Part shown: in pieces, positions 62,421 to 64,000 of the stretch | How the letters are laid out: each line of letters starts with the position of its first letter | Numbering within the stretch: position 1 is the stretch's first letter | Origin: Macrostomum lignano | Taxonomy: Eukaryota | Length of the DNA: 64,000 nucleotides | Direction of reading: 5' to 3' | NCBI GenBank assembly: GCA_002269645.1 | Contig: NIVC01001331.1 | Coordinates: 186,001 to 250,000, forward strand | The notes under the pieces: model-generated | Database searches by the model: none | Told to the model about the DNA's origin: nothing | Seen by the model: only the letters and a program-made list of their open reading frames with translations | Made by a program: the position numbers and the translations under genes

Positions 62421-64000
62421 TGAACTTTTTTGGTGGTGGGTAATCTTTTTTGAACTTAAAATAATATAACGAGCCATTTCTACGTGCGCTGGAACAAATT
62501 TGAAACAAGAAATAATATAACAAACAAAACCATAGTTATGCCAGATTTATGTATATGCATAAATATGTGGAAGGTAGTTTAATTGTAAGGAAATATTATA
62601 TGCACTATGCACATACAGCACATTTACTATTAAGAATTTATAGGAGCCTATCATTACAAAAAAAGAATTAAAACTAGTTCTAATCTAATATAATATTCTA
62701 GCAAAACAATATTATAACTTACTAATTCTCGGAAATATTTGTTTCTACTGAAATTAATTAAATAGTAAACCTTCCTGGGTTATCTTTACATTTAATTTAA
62801 ATGTTAATTAATTTCATATTTCATTGGTGGATAAAAGCTAGAGTTTCAACTGCGCAACTTGTATTTCTTAAGATTAAAAATATTTTATGAGTAAAATGAT
62901 GGTTGTCTGGTTTATGCAAAAAATAATGCCTAGAGACATTATATTAAACAGGACCTTTAGCCTAACCCAGTTTGCTTGTTATGTTTCATAGAATGCCATA
63001 TTTTCGTTTTTCCGAGAAAGCAATGTCAAAAATATTATACGAAATATTATTGAATTTTATCAAAGCAAAGCTCCTTTTTTTAAATCTGAAGCTAAACACG
63101 AATGCCGAACGTAAAAATTCAGTAAAATTCAGTAATTTAATTTTTAATGTTGAAAAACAGAAATATCTTTTATAAACGGTAATGTGAAAACTCACTTATA
63201 CAAATTTAAAACATCGTGCTTTCAAGTTTCACCTACTCGGATATGGAGTTCCATTTCGGCAGGAATTTGTAATCGTAAAACAGTCAACATGTATTATGAA
63301 CCTCATATTCTTTATCATCAGCCTCTCCTTGTTTAGTGATACACAAAGTAATAGTGCATTCAATACTTTAAATACACTTGACAACCCAATCCTCGATCAA
63401 CTTAACGATGTGGCAAGTATTTTTACTGAAAAGGGCTACCGAAGTTTGTGCTTTGTGCACCCACGACTATATCAACACGGCAATGGTTCGTTTTCATCGT
63501 CTTTTAGGCCTAGATTTATCAAGGTCTTAATTTTCGGCACGGTAAGTCGCTATATTCAACTTGAATAGTTCCTTCACTCATTTAGATGACTTGAATCGTT
63601 TCGATTCACAGTAAAGTTTATCTTATTACAATCCTCGCTTTAAATCAAAGTAAAGTTTCTGTTAAACTTAATTTGGACATTTTCTGCTCTTATCTCTAAA
63701 ATTGTAAAGTTTTTTTACTTATAACTTAATACTGAATTATCAAACTATACGTAAAACATAATTATACCAAACTATAGAAAACCACCATTTTCAGAAACAA
63801 GTCAATGTAATCTATGCATCAAACAAGACCCAATTGGAGGTTGATTTCAAATTTCAATTCGGAGTCACATCATCGAAAGACTCCTTCATCTCTTACAAGA
63901 AGTTGAGCGACACTTTATTTATTTTTGCTGTAAGTCGATATTTCTGTGTTGAAACTTCTACTCTTCTTAAAAACGAGAATACATGCATGAATGAGTCTGT

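Noticed and set aside
62972-64000. ORFs at the window end
   Set aside because: AT-rich, short and without recognisable features.

Overview
Eukaryotic (animal) genomic DNA with GC-rich exons, GT-AG introns packed with minisatellites, AT-rich intergenic DNA and TTAGGG repeats. The style suggests a repeat-rich invertebrate, for example a Macrostomum-like flatworm (inference only). Hand-reconstructed genes: a divergent casein-kinase-1-family kinase (3 exons, minus); a Slo1/BK-type K+ channel (7 exons, minus); RPL5 (2 exons, plus); prefoldin subunit 3 (plus); and a large unrecognised minus-strand membrane-protein locus (36050-59296) with EGF, TNFR-like and Cys-rich modules ending in a five-TM prominin/tweety-like topology, with one exon junction unresolved. 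Mobile DNA: a precisely bounded 4.6-kb non-autonomous Helitron (A^TC...CTAG^T) splitting a 44-bp minisatellite in BK intron 2 and carrying tRNA-like heads, its own satellites and (TTAGGG)8; a diverged second copy; Tc1/mariner and hAT MITEs; a LINE RNase H fragment; and a Penelope-type minimal hammerhead ribozyme upstream of RPL5. Most long ORFs in the ORF track are translations of tandem repeats. All coordinates and alignments were done by eye, with no database searches.
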